Source of the DNA: Eukaryota sp. GEM-RC1
Taxonomy: Eukaryota
Assembly: GCA_040285855.1 (NCBI GenBank)
Contig: JAUFOQ010000013.1
Location: 1,736,001-1,800,000, forward strand
Direction: 5' to 3'
DNA: 64,000 nt
The notes under the pieces are model-generated. The model was not told the DNA's origin. It was given only the letters and a program-made list of their open reading frames with translations, and made no database searches. How positions within the stretch are numbered: position 1 is the first letter of the stretch; every line of letters starts with the position of its first letter. Below, piece by piece: positions 36,054-48,414 of this stretch. The position numbers and the translations under genes are program-made.

Positions 36054-37816
36054 ATGTCAAGTCCAAATACTTCTACTCCTCTGTCTTTCGCAAGTGATTA
36101 TAAGTCATTCCAGCATCCATCGGAGGTTAATATTGGTTCTGACAAACACCACCTTCATGAAGTCTTCAATTCTAACAATCTCTCCTCTTTGCCAGATGAA
36201 GTTCTGCTCTTCCTACATAGTTCTATTGCACATATCTCTGAGCCCAATCAAGGAAGGTTCATTTCTGCTGTCAAGGAAGTTCAGAGTTTGTTGAACAAAC
36301 TCTCAGAATCAAACAAAGTTAAAGTCTTTTCTGACATTGCTAAACTGCTGGACAGGAAGCGTCCTTTAACAAACTCATTATCAGAAAAAGAAGTTGACAA
36401 GTTTAGACTTGTTTTTGTATTGCTCTTGTTTGAACAAGCTGTTCTTGAACCAATTTCTGTTGATCTTTACTCTCAACTTTGTCACTCATTAACTAAACGA
36501 TTTGAGGGGTTTCACCACAATTTGATTGACCATTGTCAGCATCATTTTGAAAAGTTCTTCATCAAAGACACCAGTATTTCAGATGAAGTTCAGAACGAAC
36601 TCATTTGCCACAAGAAGAGCAATTTGATTACAAGTATTGACAAAGTCTCCGTAGAAACCAAATTAAAGGCAAGAGTCTTGGGAAATTTTCGTTTTGTTGC
36701 TGCTTTAATTCTCCATACAATTTTACCTTCTGGTGTGGCCTCAGTAATTACCAAACAATTAGTAACAAATTATCAAAAACCAATGGCAATTGAAGGTTTA
36801 ATTACCTTATGGACTAAAATACTGGAATCAGCTGGAATCAACGACTATATTGAGCTGGTCGTGGCTAAAATCATAATTGAGTTTTCCACCGATTTAAGTA
36901 TTCCAAAATGTGATCGTGATCTTTGTTCTGAGTGGGTGAAGATGTATCATGAAAACCAACTGAAACAGGCATTACTACGGATATCACCAAAAAGAATTCC
37001 AAAAAGACCTTGAATCAGGAACCAGTAGAACCATACACAGAAGAAGTAGCAAAGCAGTTTGTCTCTAACATGAACCAAAAGACAACCGCTACAAGTCTCC
37101 TGGCAGAGTTTTTAAAGCTTAATCTAACTGAAGGAAGTAAGAGTGATTTTGTGTCTGATGTCTTGATTCACTTTACAAATTTGGAAAATGTACAACTTTT
37201 AGATTGTAGATTCTGGTTATTTATGAAGGCTCTGATTGACCTCAAGTTCTTGTCTAAGTCTCAATGTGCTGATGGATTGTCTAAATTCTGTCAAGGGAAT
37301 TATAACAATGTTTTTCAAGAACTTCCAAAAACCCATCAACTATTTGTTCCAATTTTGACCAGCTGGATTCAATCAGTTACTTTGAAAAGAGATCAACTAA
37401 TCAGTGCTTTGAATAAGGTCGATCCCTCCAATATTTCAGACACTACATCAGTTGATCGAGTCAGTTCATCGTCAGATTTAGATACTTCTTCTCAAGTTGT
37501 CTCTGTCCCGTCCTCTTCCAAGGTTGTCGTATTAAGCAGGACAAATCGTATCAAGTACAGATTTGAACAGGAGTGGGTAACAATTTCCTTATGTTCAGAC
37601 ATAAAGAAGACTCAGATAGAATTGTATCGTGCTCAGCAACCTCCAATGGATCACTTTTCACTATATTTCTTCAAAAATAGCACAATGTATTACTGTAAAA
37701 ACAGACAAAATAGGACATCAATGTATTTAAATATATTGCAATATATTGCAATAATATTGTTTATTGTTTCGACCAACAATAAATATATTGTCTGTAACTC
37801 ACAGAACAATAAATAA
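36054..37816 (+). CDS. Divergent MIF4G-domain (eIF4G-like) protein, split near 37000; 3' end runs into a hAT terminus
   Basis: KEVQSLLNKLS, LLFEQAVLEP..LYSQLC, LIDHCQHHFE and KARVLGNFRFVAAL follow the MIF4G helices. ORFs 35961-37013 and 37010-37816 overlap near A-runs. Confidence 0.68.
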
Positions 37817-37872
37817 ATAAATAGATATTTATTGCAATAAATACAATATAAATATATTTTTTCTCACCCCTG
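37700..37872. mobile_element. hAT-type right terminus with AATATATTGC repeats
   Basis: Ends CACCCCTG; same subterminal motif as 33340-33473. Confidence 0.55.
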
Positions 37873-38202
37873 GTTACATTGTCATCATTTAAATAATTTG
37901 AATGTGTGGAATAAATACGATTTATTAAACTCGACACATGTTGTTTAATGTAACATCGATAATTGTCTTCACCGAAAAAAGGGGTTCAGTTTTCACAAAT
38001 CTGATGACGTCATCATTTAAGAGATATTCATTCTCTAAGTCTTCTTGACTCATTGTACGTTGTATTTCTGAGTAATAGACGACTCACAAACATTGGATTC
38101 ATAAATAGATCTACTGACTTCTCATGACTTCTCTTGAAAGATCTTTCAAGGAGTTTTTGAAGAATGGTTTCCATTAAATGTATCAAAATGGTCGACAATG
38201 AT

Positions 38203-38939
38203 TTAACTTACAATGATATGAGTGGTAATGACATAAGTTACATGCTGGAGGATTGTTCCACTTCTTAAATAAATGTTGTAGTAATCAAACGAATCATACC
38301 TTGTTCTGATGTCGTTTGCAATGATTGTTGGATATTCACTAAGTGCATCAAAACAGTACTCAGAAATTGCTACTTCACGATTAGCAGGAGTATCAGCGGG
38401 AACTACTAAAGTGATTACTTTATCCCCACTGAAAGCATAATAAAGAACTTGCAGTGCAGAAGAAACAGTGGCTGCATCATCATGGACAAAGTTAACAACA
38501 ACTTCAGTACTAGATGACTCTTCATGTAAAGAGAGAGTGATGGTGAAGAGAGTAAGCTTTCTATCAAAACTAGTATTTAAGTACTTGCTGGAGACATCAA
38601 TATCATGGAAATCACGAGGATCACTCTTCAGGATTGAAGAGAGGTGACTGTTCAGTTCATCTTCCACGCCTTTTACAGTGTAGACGTCAATGAATAAAGA
38701 ACAGTTTATCTGTTTCACTAGCTCAGTAGCCAAATAAAGAGGGTGAGGTGGGGGTGTTGGAGGTGAGTCGAGAAAAGAAGGAGAAACACGCAAGTAAGCA
38801 CGACAGCAACGATGACTAGTCCAATGGAGATGTAGCAGCAACAGTGAGACTTCCCTCCAGAATCGATAGCTGAGTTTTTATGATGATATCCACCGACACC
38901 AGTTTCAGAGCCATACCCCAAGAGACTAGCTGCATCCAT
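38203..38939 (-). CDS. Hypothetical single-pass membrane protein, frameshifted near 38775
   Basis: ORF 38718-38939 has TM-like ISIGLVIVAVVLTCVFLLL and overlaps ORF 38203-38841. Confidence 0.45.
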
Positions 38940-39106
38940 TGTTTGACAGACGAGAAATGAACTGGAGAAATTGTTGATTCAGATATTGTAACTTTTGGGC
39001 AATTTTTGCATTTTTTAAAAAGTTTGATCTAATTCTCATGGATTTAGTCTTACAGTAGTATTATGTATGTTTACAAATTCATATTTTTTTAGTTAATCAA
39101 ATATTC

Positions 39107-39400
39107 TTACTCAGGTTCTGGTGTATAAACAGGTTCATGCCTTCTTTTAGCTGTCTTAATTGGTTCAGACTCCCCAATGATAGGTTGGGGAGGTCCTTCA
39201 GTGTAACCAAGAGACGCAGGTTCCATATCTTCTTCTGAAGGAAGTTCTTCTTCTGGCACTAGATCTGGAACTCTCATAGTGTACTCCCACTCTGGTTTAC
39301 CAGATGAAACAGCAGAATCATGGTGGATAACCATTCTAGGATTCAGTGGGGGATCTTTTCTAGTTTGTGGTTGTGGTTGAGATTTAGGGTTTTGGGGCAT
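39107..39400 (-). CDS. Small Pro/Glu-rich hypothetical protein (~97 aa)
   Basis: Intact ORF from ATG 39400 with coding-like composition. Confidence 0.5.
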   Translation of the reverse strand: MPQNPKSQPQPQTRKDPPLNPRMVIHHDSAVSSGKPEWEYTMRVPDLVPEEELPSEEDMEPASLGYTEGPPQPIIGESEPIKTAKRRHEPVYTPEPE

Positions 39401-39620
39401 TTCAAAAAAATTGATGTGATTGCTGAAGAACTGATGATTTGATTGCATCCAATTGCCAACATTAGCAGATATCTTTTAAGCCAAGGCTGAATCAGTACAT
39501 CCTGCATCAACGTATAAATGTCTGCCACCTACATGTATAATAAAGATCGTTTGTGACATTGAAGTATTTTACATAGACAATACACTCGACGTGTTTGAAA
39601 TAAAACCAGTATCACCGTAT

Positions 39621-41483
39621 CTATATTCCCACCAAAATCCCTTCCCCAACCTTCAAGACACATTCTTCTACATCTACAAAGCTCTCCAATGCATCTCTCA
39701 ACGTCTGTTCTGGAGTAAGTGTTTTCAAAGTTTCCAATGTGAAATCCTGTGACAGAACTTGCTGTAACAACGTCTGACTATAACCCGATACCATTTGAAC
39801 TCCTCTTTGTTTCCCATCTACAGGAAACCCCGGAGATCTAGAATTTAAATTCCAAAAAACAATTCTAGGGAGAGAATATCCAGCAGTTCGAAAGCGGAGC
39901 TGCATTCTCTTGAAAAAAGTGTTTCTATACTGAGTAACTTGATTAAACTGACCATCAGTAAGATACATGAGAGTAAAAACATAATCTTGAGGGACAAGGT
40001 TTGAAACCAATAATTTCAGTAGAATATCTGTGGTTTTTTCAATATTTGTAGTATATCCCCAATGTGATTGTTTAACGATTTCAAATATTCTAAATATGTC
40101 ATCATGATTATCGTACTTAACAACGGTAGGAGTATCAGAAAAGGTAATGAAATGACAAGGAAGTGTAGATAATTGGGAGGTCATTATGCCCAATCCAATA
40201 GCAATATCCATGACGTCAGCATCGTTCATCGACATAGACACATCAATCACAGGAAGGATATGGCGGCCGTTGGGTGATTTTAACATGAGCTGTTCTACAT
40301 CAGCTCTCATCGACACCCATTGCTGATTAATCAAACTCTTTTCTAAATCTGACATTCCACGTGATTTGGACCCAATTAACCTACTTAAGGTCTGCAAATC
40401 CTGTGCAGCACCTTTTACTTTTCCCGCAAGTATATATTCTCTAAACTTCTGCCTACAAGTTACTCTATCAAGATTCTCTGGATATCTATTACCAACCTCC
40501 TGTAGTGATTCTGGAACCTTCTCCTTTAGTTTCTCGTTCAAGAAAGCTTTCCGCATCTTAGTTAAAGCAACTGCAGGGACACTAGAGGGATTAATGAGAG
40601 AAAACGATTTGTTACACATTAGAGTCTCACACGTGTTTAAATGCTTGTTTAAGCACGAACAAATGATACGATAAAGCTTCTCATATAAGTTGAACTTCTT
40701 TGGAGAAGATGTGTTGTTGATGGCAAAGTTTGTGTCAAACAGAGCATCAATAATGAAGAATCTGAACTCATTATACTGATGACCTTTGCGTGGTAGCCAT
40801 TTCCCGGCAAGTGAAAGACTAAGAGATCGTGTTGTACCAACTAGTGACTCTTTAAGAAGGTCTAACAACTCGAAGTGTTTCAGGGCGGTGATGTCAAAGT
40901 CAAGGACAGTCTCGAGATCACGTGACACATGACGTGCATATAACTTAGCAAGTGTATGGATGGTAGTGAGATCGCTGCTCTTGGAAAATACAGCGTAGAG
41001 ACGGTTCAAGTCACCAAAAGAACCGTACTTAGAAACAATAAGATCAAGAAGCGCAATACAGGTGTCAGGAAATTCATGATAGAGTTGCTGGAACAAGTAA
41101 GTGAAGCCAAGACGACTCCGTTGGCCAACACCTTTGATAGATCGTTGGTATATCATGTATTGTATGATACGCAGGGTAAAAAGAGCACGCTCATTACCAT
41201 AAAGACTGTTCTGCCAACGAATTACAGCATCAAAAGCAGCATTAATCTGACTTAGTTGGTCATTGGCATATGACTTGTTCTTCCTAGCATCAGGAGACAG
41301 CATCATGCGCTTATCCAACAGTAACAAAGTCCCAAACTCACTCATAGCTTCATCCGTCACATTTGTATCGTTATTCCAAGTTTTCCCTTTCAGAGATTGA
41401 CCATGAGAAGTAGATAAGGTGGGAGGTCCTGATGAAGTAAGAGCTTTGTTGGTAGAAGATACAAAATTCAAATGAGCAGACAT
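39621..41483 (-). CDS. DUF2828-like protein (TROVE-like N-terminus plus vWA domain)
   Basis: 620-aa ORF with LSLAGKWLPR, MIDAS-like IDVSMSM, FITFSDTP, WGYTTN, LTDGQFN, PRIVFWNL and MVSGYS. Confidence 0.8.
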   Translation of the reverse strand: MSAHLNFVSSTNKALTSSGPPTLSTSHGQSLKGKTWNNDTNVTDEAMSEFGTLLLLDKRMMLSPDARKNKSYANDQLSQINAAFDAVIRWQNSLYGNERALFTLRIIQYMIYQRSIKGVGQRSRLGFTYLFQQLYHEFPDTCIALLDLIVSKYGSFGDLNRLYAVFSKSSDLTTIHTLAKLYARHVSRDLETVLDFDITALKHFELLDLLKESLVGTTRSLSLSLAGKWLPRKGHQYNEFRFFIIDALFDTNFAINNTSSPKKFNLYEKLYRIICSCLNKHLNTCETLMCNKSFSLINPSSVPAVALTKMRKAFLNEKLKEKVPESLQEVGNRYPENLDRVTCRQKFREYILAGKVKGAAQDLQTLSRLIGSKSRGMSDLEKSLINQQWVSMRADVEQLMLKSPNGRHILPVIDVSMSMNDADVMDIAIGLGIMTSQLSTLPCHFITFSDTPTVVKYDNHDDIFRIFEIVKQSHWGYTTNIEKTTDILLKLLVSNLVPQDYVFTLMYLTDGQFNQVTQYRNTFFKRMQLRFRTAGYSLPRIVFWNLNSRSPGFPVDGKQRGVQMVSGYSQTLLQQVLSQDFTLETLKTLTPEQTLRDALESFVDVEECVLKVGEGILVGI

Positions 41484-41599
41484 TATCTAACTCAATTCTA
41501 TTTGATTGGTACGATTTGTTGTGTAAAGTAATTTCAAAGAGCAATTAAAAAAGGGTCATTTATCTTAAACAAATACATTGTACCCGTTAAAAAAACAAA

Positions 41600-41772
41600 A
41601 GTACATTTTAAAAACTGATCCCGAGTAAATATTAATCATCACGAACAGAATTAAGTCGAATCTAAATCAAGATGAGACTCTCTTTCGTCGAAATGTGCAT
41701 TGAATATGGTACAATTCGGTTTTATCCGATGAATCGGACACAAATCCAAAACTCACAAAAGAAACCAAAAAT
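41600..41772. repeat. Dispersed ~175-bp hairpin-containing repeat, copy 1 (copy 2 at 57888-58074)
   Basis: Shared collinear blocks agtacattttaaaa, ccgagtaaat, acgaac, gaatctaaa.caagat.agact, ttcgtcga, cggttttatcc, actcacaaaag.aaccaaaaat. Confidence 0.7.
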
Positions 41773-43190
41773 ATTGTATGTGTAAATCTTATGGAATAGT
41801 TTCCTTTTTAGAACCAGTTTTGGCTAGGTTGGTTGATGATACAGATGTTGACAAATCGTTTGAAAATAGTCGAGGTGATGTCATATTTCCTGGTCTCGAT
41901 GGTTCTTTCATTATTGCTGATGTTATGTCTATCGACGTTTGTAATGGTTCCAACCAGAAACTTGCTAAATCTAATGCTAAAAACCCTCTGTTGATTGGTG
42001 AAAACATTAAAAAAGAAAAATATTAAAAAAAATAAGAGTTTATTTGCAACAATAAATTAATACATACTAATTCAGAAAATGAAAGAAGTTAAATTCTCCA
42101 CATCAACACGAGAATTGTCCCTATACAACTTCGAATAAATGGAACATAAATACTTGGGAATGCTTCTATAAAGAGCGAACATAATTCGATTAATCCATAC
42201 AGCGCTATTAAACACCTTGCCATTAGAACGACATAAAAGACTAAAATCACTGAAAAACTTTAAACCGGCTGGACCAATATTACCAAAGATTGAAATGGCA
42301 AATGGAACAAATGAAAACTTAGAATATAGATTTTCATTAAGCTTCTGCAAAGCATCCGCATAATTTGAACACTTTCGTTGTTCAGCCTTTTCCAGATGAC
42401 CATTCGAATCATTCAATATGGAGTCTTGGTAGACTTTTGCAAACAGGTCAACTGTAGTAAAATCAACCACAACTTGAGATGAATCCAGGAAAGGAGCAAT
42501 TAAGTCACCACGCCGAGAATCAAACACGTTGTTGTCACTATAATGTTTCAGAAGAGGTTCAATTTTACAACTATAATTGTATGATTTGAACATTTCATAA
42601 GTAACGCCACGAACAGCGTTATGTAGAACAGATCGAAATTGCAAAAATTTCTTGCAACTAACAACATGACGAAATGTGGCTGTAGATCGGTTATCGCAAA
42701 CACAGATTGAATTATTTAGCAAACCACTAGGGAATAAACCTAAACGAAGACGCATATTCTGCTTCCAAGCATCATTGTTCAAATGTAAACCAAAAGGTCT
42801 AGGTTGTTGAGTGATGAAGCTAGAACATTGTTGAAAAATATTATGCTAAATTGAAATTTTTGAATTCGGCTTCGCACTCGAATTACTTGTTGTACCCTTT
42901 TGTATTTTCACTGTACGGTTCTTTAGGTGAATCTGCAACATCATTACTTGAAATCTTTGTGAAGACTGTAAAAGAAAAGACATCTAGGACTTTTGATCTT
43001 AGATTTTGGAAAAGTCGAATTGTGTTTGCTATCTTTCAAGGTATGGTGACTTCTGTATCTAGCGCTTTGTTATCTCTTGGCAGACATTATGAGGATAAGA
43101 TAGGTGAGAATTTCCTGATAGGCAATCTGGACTTTGAGGATATTGATTATTTGATGTTTGTACACTGAAGTGTTGTTGTCAATATAAATT
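41773..43190 (+). mobile_element. CRE-like family 2 3' fragment, interrupted by a family 1 insertion
   Basis: 41773-42025 and 42833-42910 are collinear with 21021-21340; RGDV..ADVMSIDVC, YPFVFSLYGSLG. Confidence 0.82.
42026..42832 (-). mobile_element. 5'-truncated CRE-like family 1 element (RLE ORF 42072-42782) with an 11-bp TSD
   Basis: MRLRLG, CVC..HVVSC, LHNAV, RRGD, DFTTVD, AEQRK, FVPFAISIFG; GAAAAATATTA at 42015-42025 and 42833-42843. Confidence 0.88.
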
Positions 43191-43239
43191 TTTGGTTAAA
43201 AAACAGTAACAATTTAGTTATTTTTATAGCAAAATATTA

Positions 43240-44018
43240 TTAAATGATCATCAATGGACCACTACAATGAGACTTCGTTGTTATTGATGACCGTATAATT
43301 TGCCAAATGATCTTCAATGTAGCTGTGGAAAACAATTAACGTTTTCTCATCTGTTAAGTTGTAATCGCTACATAACTTATCGAACGTGTATGCATGATGC
43401 TGTAAGAGATCAAATACATGCTATGTGTAAGTCTTACAAAATTGAGTCATTCATTGAACCACTTCTAAGATCTTTAGAACCAAATAGTAATTGTAATGTT
43501 GAAAAATAGAACCAGTTTTTTGGTAAACGGAGAGCAGATGTTGTTGTCCCTTTTTCTTTAGACAAATTGTTTGTTGTCGATGTAGTGTCAGTGGATGTTT
43601 GTAAAAAGACATCTTTGAAGAATGCTTACTCTGAAACTTCCTCATTATATATTTCTGAACAAGCCAAACAGGATAAGTACAAGAAACCATTGATGTCGCT
43701 AAAACATGTAGAACACGTTGAATATGAATTATGTCCTTTTGATGTTTCAATCTGTAGCCGCTTAGGAAACAGTGCATTTAATTTATTAACCGATTTCGAA
43801 AAAATCGTAAAAATTAGGATGATCAAGCGGTTTGATCATATGTTACATTTGAATCGTATCGTTTTTACTATTTTTAAAACAACTCCCCTAATCATCTCCA
43901 AAGCTGTATTAGCTGTGAGTCCCTTTATGATGACAAAGCTGTTGTGAGATTTGATAGCGACGGCTGTTGTTTTAATGATATCAAGTTTTCGTAATTGTTG
44001 TATATTGCATTTATAAAT
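43240..44018 (+). mobile_element. 3' fragment of a further CRE-like family
   Basis: MRLRC, CSCG..HLLSC, HDAVRD, RRADVV, VVDVVSVDVC, EQAK..KY. Confidence 0.8.
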
Positions 44019-44177
44019 CCCATTGTGTTGACAAAACTTACTACAGTAAATAGAGTAATGTTTTAAAATGTGTGAAGATGTCTCAACTAGAAGTTCGAAT
44101 GAAAATGCGCACGTAAAATGCAAAATGCGGGGATTTTGATGTATTTCATTTCTGCGGTGGAAAAACAAGACTTATCA

Positions 44178-46414
44178 ATGTCACAATCTCCACCATTGAA
44201 ACGATCAACATCTGAAGATTCAGAACCAAGACCTGTAACAGTTCCACATGCTTTTCATAAACAATTATACGCTTGGGTCCAAGAGGAAGAATCTATCACT
44301 TTTTTTGTAGCCCTTGGCCGCGCTCAGAGTTCTGGCTTATTGACCCAGGATGATGTTAATGATCTGCCCCAGTTCTCCATCCAGTCCACGTTCTCAATTG
44401 ACAATGGCCAGTTGATAGCGTTCGATGGCTCTACGGCAGTTCAAATAGTCCCTAGTTCATCGTCCTCTTCTTCTCCCCCCTTCGTCTTCTCCCTCGTCTT
44501 CCTCTTCTCCCTCAAATCGAGTTGGGGACAAACTATCAGTATCTGACCAAATTTTTCGAAAACACGTCAAAAGGTTCCCCCTCTCCGCTAATCACACTGG
44601 AATAGCAGATTCCATTTATAATCTGTTAACAACTGGTGGTCCGGATACGGCTTCATGGTGTGTTGTGCTCTCAATAATCCAACGTTCTGGTGTTGGTAAG
44701 ACACACAGTGCCAAGTCCTTGGTCGATAACTACAGTGAAAACGTCCAGTGTGTATGCTTTATGGTTACCTCCGCTATAGGTGATACACGCCTGAAGGCCG
44801 AAACTGGGATTGAATTTGAACATTATGAAACGAATGGATATCCAGATTTCACATCGTTTGATAGCAACCACAACTCCTTCATTAACAGAATAGCAAACAC
44901 CATAAGTTCCACTCTTGCTAACAATACGTTGTTTGTATCTGAATTAAACACTAACACTAAAAATGTCGTTCTCCAACCATTAGTGGATAAAAAGTATCTT
45001 GTTGTCTATATTGATGAAGGTCTTTCCTTTAAAAGTCAACAGATGTTTGCTGCTTTCAGACAATGTGTGATTCTAGCATTACTTCGTTTAGAGTCTCTTT
45101 TTGAACCACCACTCGTTTGTGTCATTACCGACACTAATTCAAGTGGTTTATTAACAATACCGCAATCTATTTTTACGGGAACAAAGCCTTCTATTTCGAC
45201 GTCTGGTATCACTAGACTTTCTCTTGCTCCCTTAGTTCTTTTAGATCCTTCTGATTTGAAAAAGGACATCAACAGTGAGGAGCTGCAACATCGTTTTCGT
45301 GGGTTTCCTTTGTGGGCCGGTCAATTCCAATTCTATAAGAAACAAGAAGAACATCGATTACAACGTATTAAGGGCATTGATTGTTCTGATGACGTTTCCG
45401 TTAAGAACCGAGCTTTAGAGCAACTGAAAGACTTTATTTTGACGAAACTTGACAGAACTCAGACGAGTTTTGACCAAGATACATTGTTGAATCTCAACGT
45501 AACTTCAGTGTTTCTTCAGTCGATATGCCTTATTGCTCTAGGTGAAGCTTTTGGTTATTTAGATGCTATACATCATCCTGATTTACTGAAAGGAGGTGTT
45601 GCCATTTTGCTACCCCCCAGTGGTGTTTCTCCTTTTGCACCATTTAATTCTGATGAATTTTCTCAATGTCTTTTGGCTCCACCCTTAAATGAAAACTGTT
45701 TGTTTGAGGCTCTCCCCATTATTGCGAAAAAGTTTGTCACACACGATAAGTATCTTGAATTTGTCTCTTTAGTGTGTAAATCTTTGATTGCTTTAATTGC
45801 ACCAACCAATGCTCCTCTCATTGGAGTCATCTAAGGGATTCTTACTCGAATTACTCGTTGCTCTAGCTTTGGTACTATGTTCAGTTTGGTATGACTCAGG
45901 TGCTTTGGCTAGTCAAGTGTTCACAGATCTTGGAACAGTCTTCGAAGGAACACTTAAGTTGGCTGCTGTGAAACCGAAGAAGCTGAATCATTTGGATACT
46001 TCGAAGTCGCATCTTTTTAATACTTCGAAACTAAAGCCTTTGGTTTCCTGTCGATTGAGTGGCAAACCTGTCAGAAAATTAAAAAATGTAACAGAAAATG
46101 ACAAAATTGTCTTCTGTGGCGCAAGTGTACCTGGTCCAGGTCTCTATATACCTGCATGGGTGACACAAGATGGTGATTTTGGAAAGGAATGTGATCAAAT
46201 ATGGATCCCTCTGGAAGTTAAACTTAGACAGGACAAACCATCCAAAAACGAAATTAAGAAGAAATTTAAAAATTTTAACATGCAAAAATGCTTGTTCTTC
46301 CAAATGGGTCCTCAAAACGCAGAGTTCTCGTATGACAGACTTAATGTTCTAAATTGTCGATTCTTTTCAATGTCGCTCGTCCAAAAAACTTTATTGCTTG
46401 TTTACAAGGATTAA
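44178..46414 (+). pseudogene. Crinkler/RHS-like P-loop NTPase, copy A, with frameshifts at ~44478 and ~45823
   Basis: ORFs 44118-44546, 44665-45834 and 45797-46414 together match the 746-aa ORF of copy B. Confidence 0.7.
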
Positions 46415-47025
46415 CTATTGTTAAAGAATTTGTGTGTTTTAATCCAATTTTTGTTCGTGTTACCGACAAAAGAAGAATTACATATTTTATTGTGGTGAGA
46501 AGAGCTTTGAAATGGTAAGTGGCCAGGCTTTCGAGTTAACTAATGTGGAATTTGAACGGTTCGCCAATTTTTCTCGTGTTGAGAATGGTAAAGTAAAGTT
46601 CAAACTTGAATGGAACAATTCTAAATTTGAGGTTCATCCTCTAGTCTAAGTCTTTATAGTCAACTGTTCATGGTGGACATATTCTCTAATTGCTACCACC
46701 TTGGATCTGATCTCGAACATGTTTTCCACATCTAGGAAGTCCAACAGTCTTAGACTTCTTTAAAATAGATTTGATTCGTACTATAAACATTTCATTTAGA
46801 AGAAAGTAGCACTGTTGTTGATTAGCTCAAAATAATATCAAAATAGTGTCACAGTTTACTCAAGTATATATTATCATTATATATAGGATACTTTTGTTAC
46901 TCCGATTGTTTCAATTAGTCTCACTGAGACTAATAGTATTAGTCTAATACCGTACGTCATTTTCACTTGTCACATATCGGAATTAGTCTCACTAATTCCT
47001 CTATCCATAACATCAGAAGGTACTA

Positions 47026-47799
47026 CAGTCAACTCTCTATAAATGCACACGTTTGGGGGTGTGCACTTATAGAGTGTGTGTGCACTTATAAAATTTCCTC
47101 TCTTTTGCCACACCTACACCCCATATCAGTCTTGCTCACTTCATTATCTTCTATAGGTGTTAAGAACCCACTGTATTAGCTTTTGGGTGGTTCGTTTGGG
47201 CATTTGAGAGGCCTGATAGCAAAGAAAACGTTTCTGGTGATAGGTCAAGGTGGTTTTCTTGGACATTAGGAAGAAGTGAGATGCATGCAAAGTTGTTCTT
47301 AAGGAAAATTGCCACTGTTACTCCTCAAATATCTTGTGGATTACAGATATGACTCAAAACAGTAGTTATAGACATGATTTATTGATTGCATGAAAACCAG
47401 GTTAGAGAACGACAATACTATACGTATCCTACAGAAGAGTGTCAGGATTACTAGTAGCTGAAAGGTTAAGCCCATCAAGCAAGGAGAGATGTGATGATGA
47501 GACAACAAGAGACAGCAGAAAGATGACGATATCGATAATCCACGAGAATCATCCATGTTTTCAAGCAACTGACAGATAGGAAAGATCATTATGAGTAAGA
47601 TTCTAGGAGGTCAAGAGAGGACACATGGTTTCACGAACTTATGTGCGCTATGAGCACTAAAAACTCACTTATTGGTAGACATAGGGACTTTATAAGGCCT
47701 CAGGCACAGTTATAAGAAACAAACAGGGTAAAATTTTTGGGGGTGTGCACTTATGGGGTGTGTGTATTTATGGAGTGTGGATTTATAGAGAGTTGACTG
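47026..47799. mobile_element. pogo/Tigger-type MITE with TA TSD (copy A)
   Basis: TA|CAGTCAACTCTCTATAAAT ... ATTTATAGAGAGTTGACTG|TA, a perfect 19-bp TIR. Confidence 0.88.
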
Positions 47800-48414
47800 T
47801 ACATATATTTGAAAAATCTTCACCTAATTCTAGTTAGCAATTTCATCAACTATTAAACTCTGCCCGATTCATCTACGTTTCTTCACAATTTCTTGAAGAT
47901 CAGCGGTCAACTTTTATTCATGCCAAACTTCAGTATCATCTCCAGCTGGATTTTTGGAACATGCCCTGATCTTTAAACGAACGATCCTTACGAATGAAGC
48001 CAGAACAATTGATTTAGAGTGGTGAGAAGGGAATCATATGGTTATGTAAGGATTTAATATGATCGTATCAGTTTAAAAATTCTTCTAACTGTAAAAGCGT
48101 ATTGATAGACCAACAGTACATTTTAAAATCTGAAAATTGTTATAAGAGTTTATTTGCAACAATAAATTAATACATACTAATTCAGAAAATGAAAGAAGTT
48201 AAATTCTCCACATCAACACGAGAATTGTCCCTATACAACTTCGAATAAATGGAACATAAATACTTGGGAATGCTTCTATAAAGAGCGAACATAATTCGAT
48301 TAATCCATACAGCGCTATTAAACACCTTGCCATTAGAACGACATAAAAGACTAAAATCACTGAAAAACTTTAAACCGGCTGGACCAATATTACCAAAAAT
48401 TGAAATGGCAAATG

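Larger units (their letters stand above)
43980..48140. repeat. Direct segmental duplication, copy A (copy B at 53242-57913)
   Basis: Near-identical from atcaagtttt to ctgaaaattgt. Copy B carries an extra ~535 bp (53340-53874). Confidence 0.93.
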
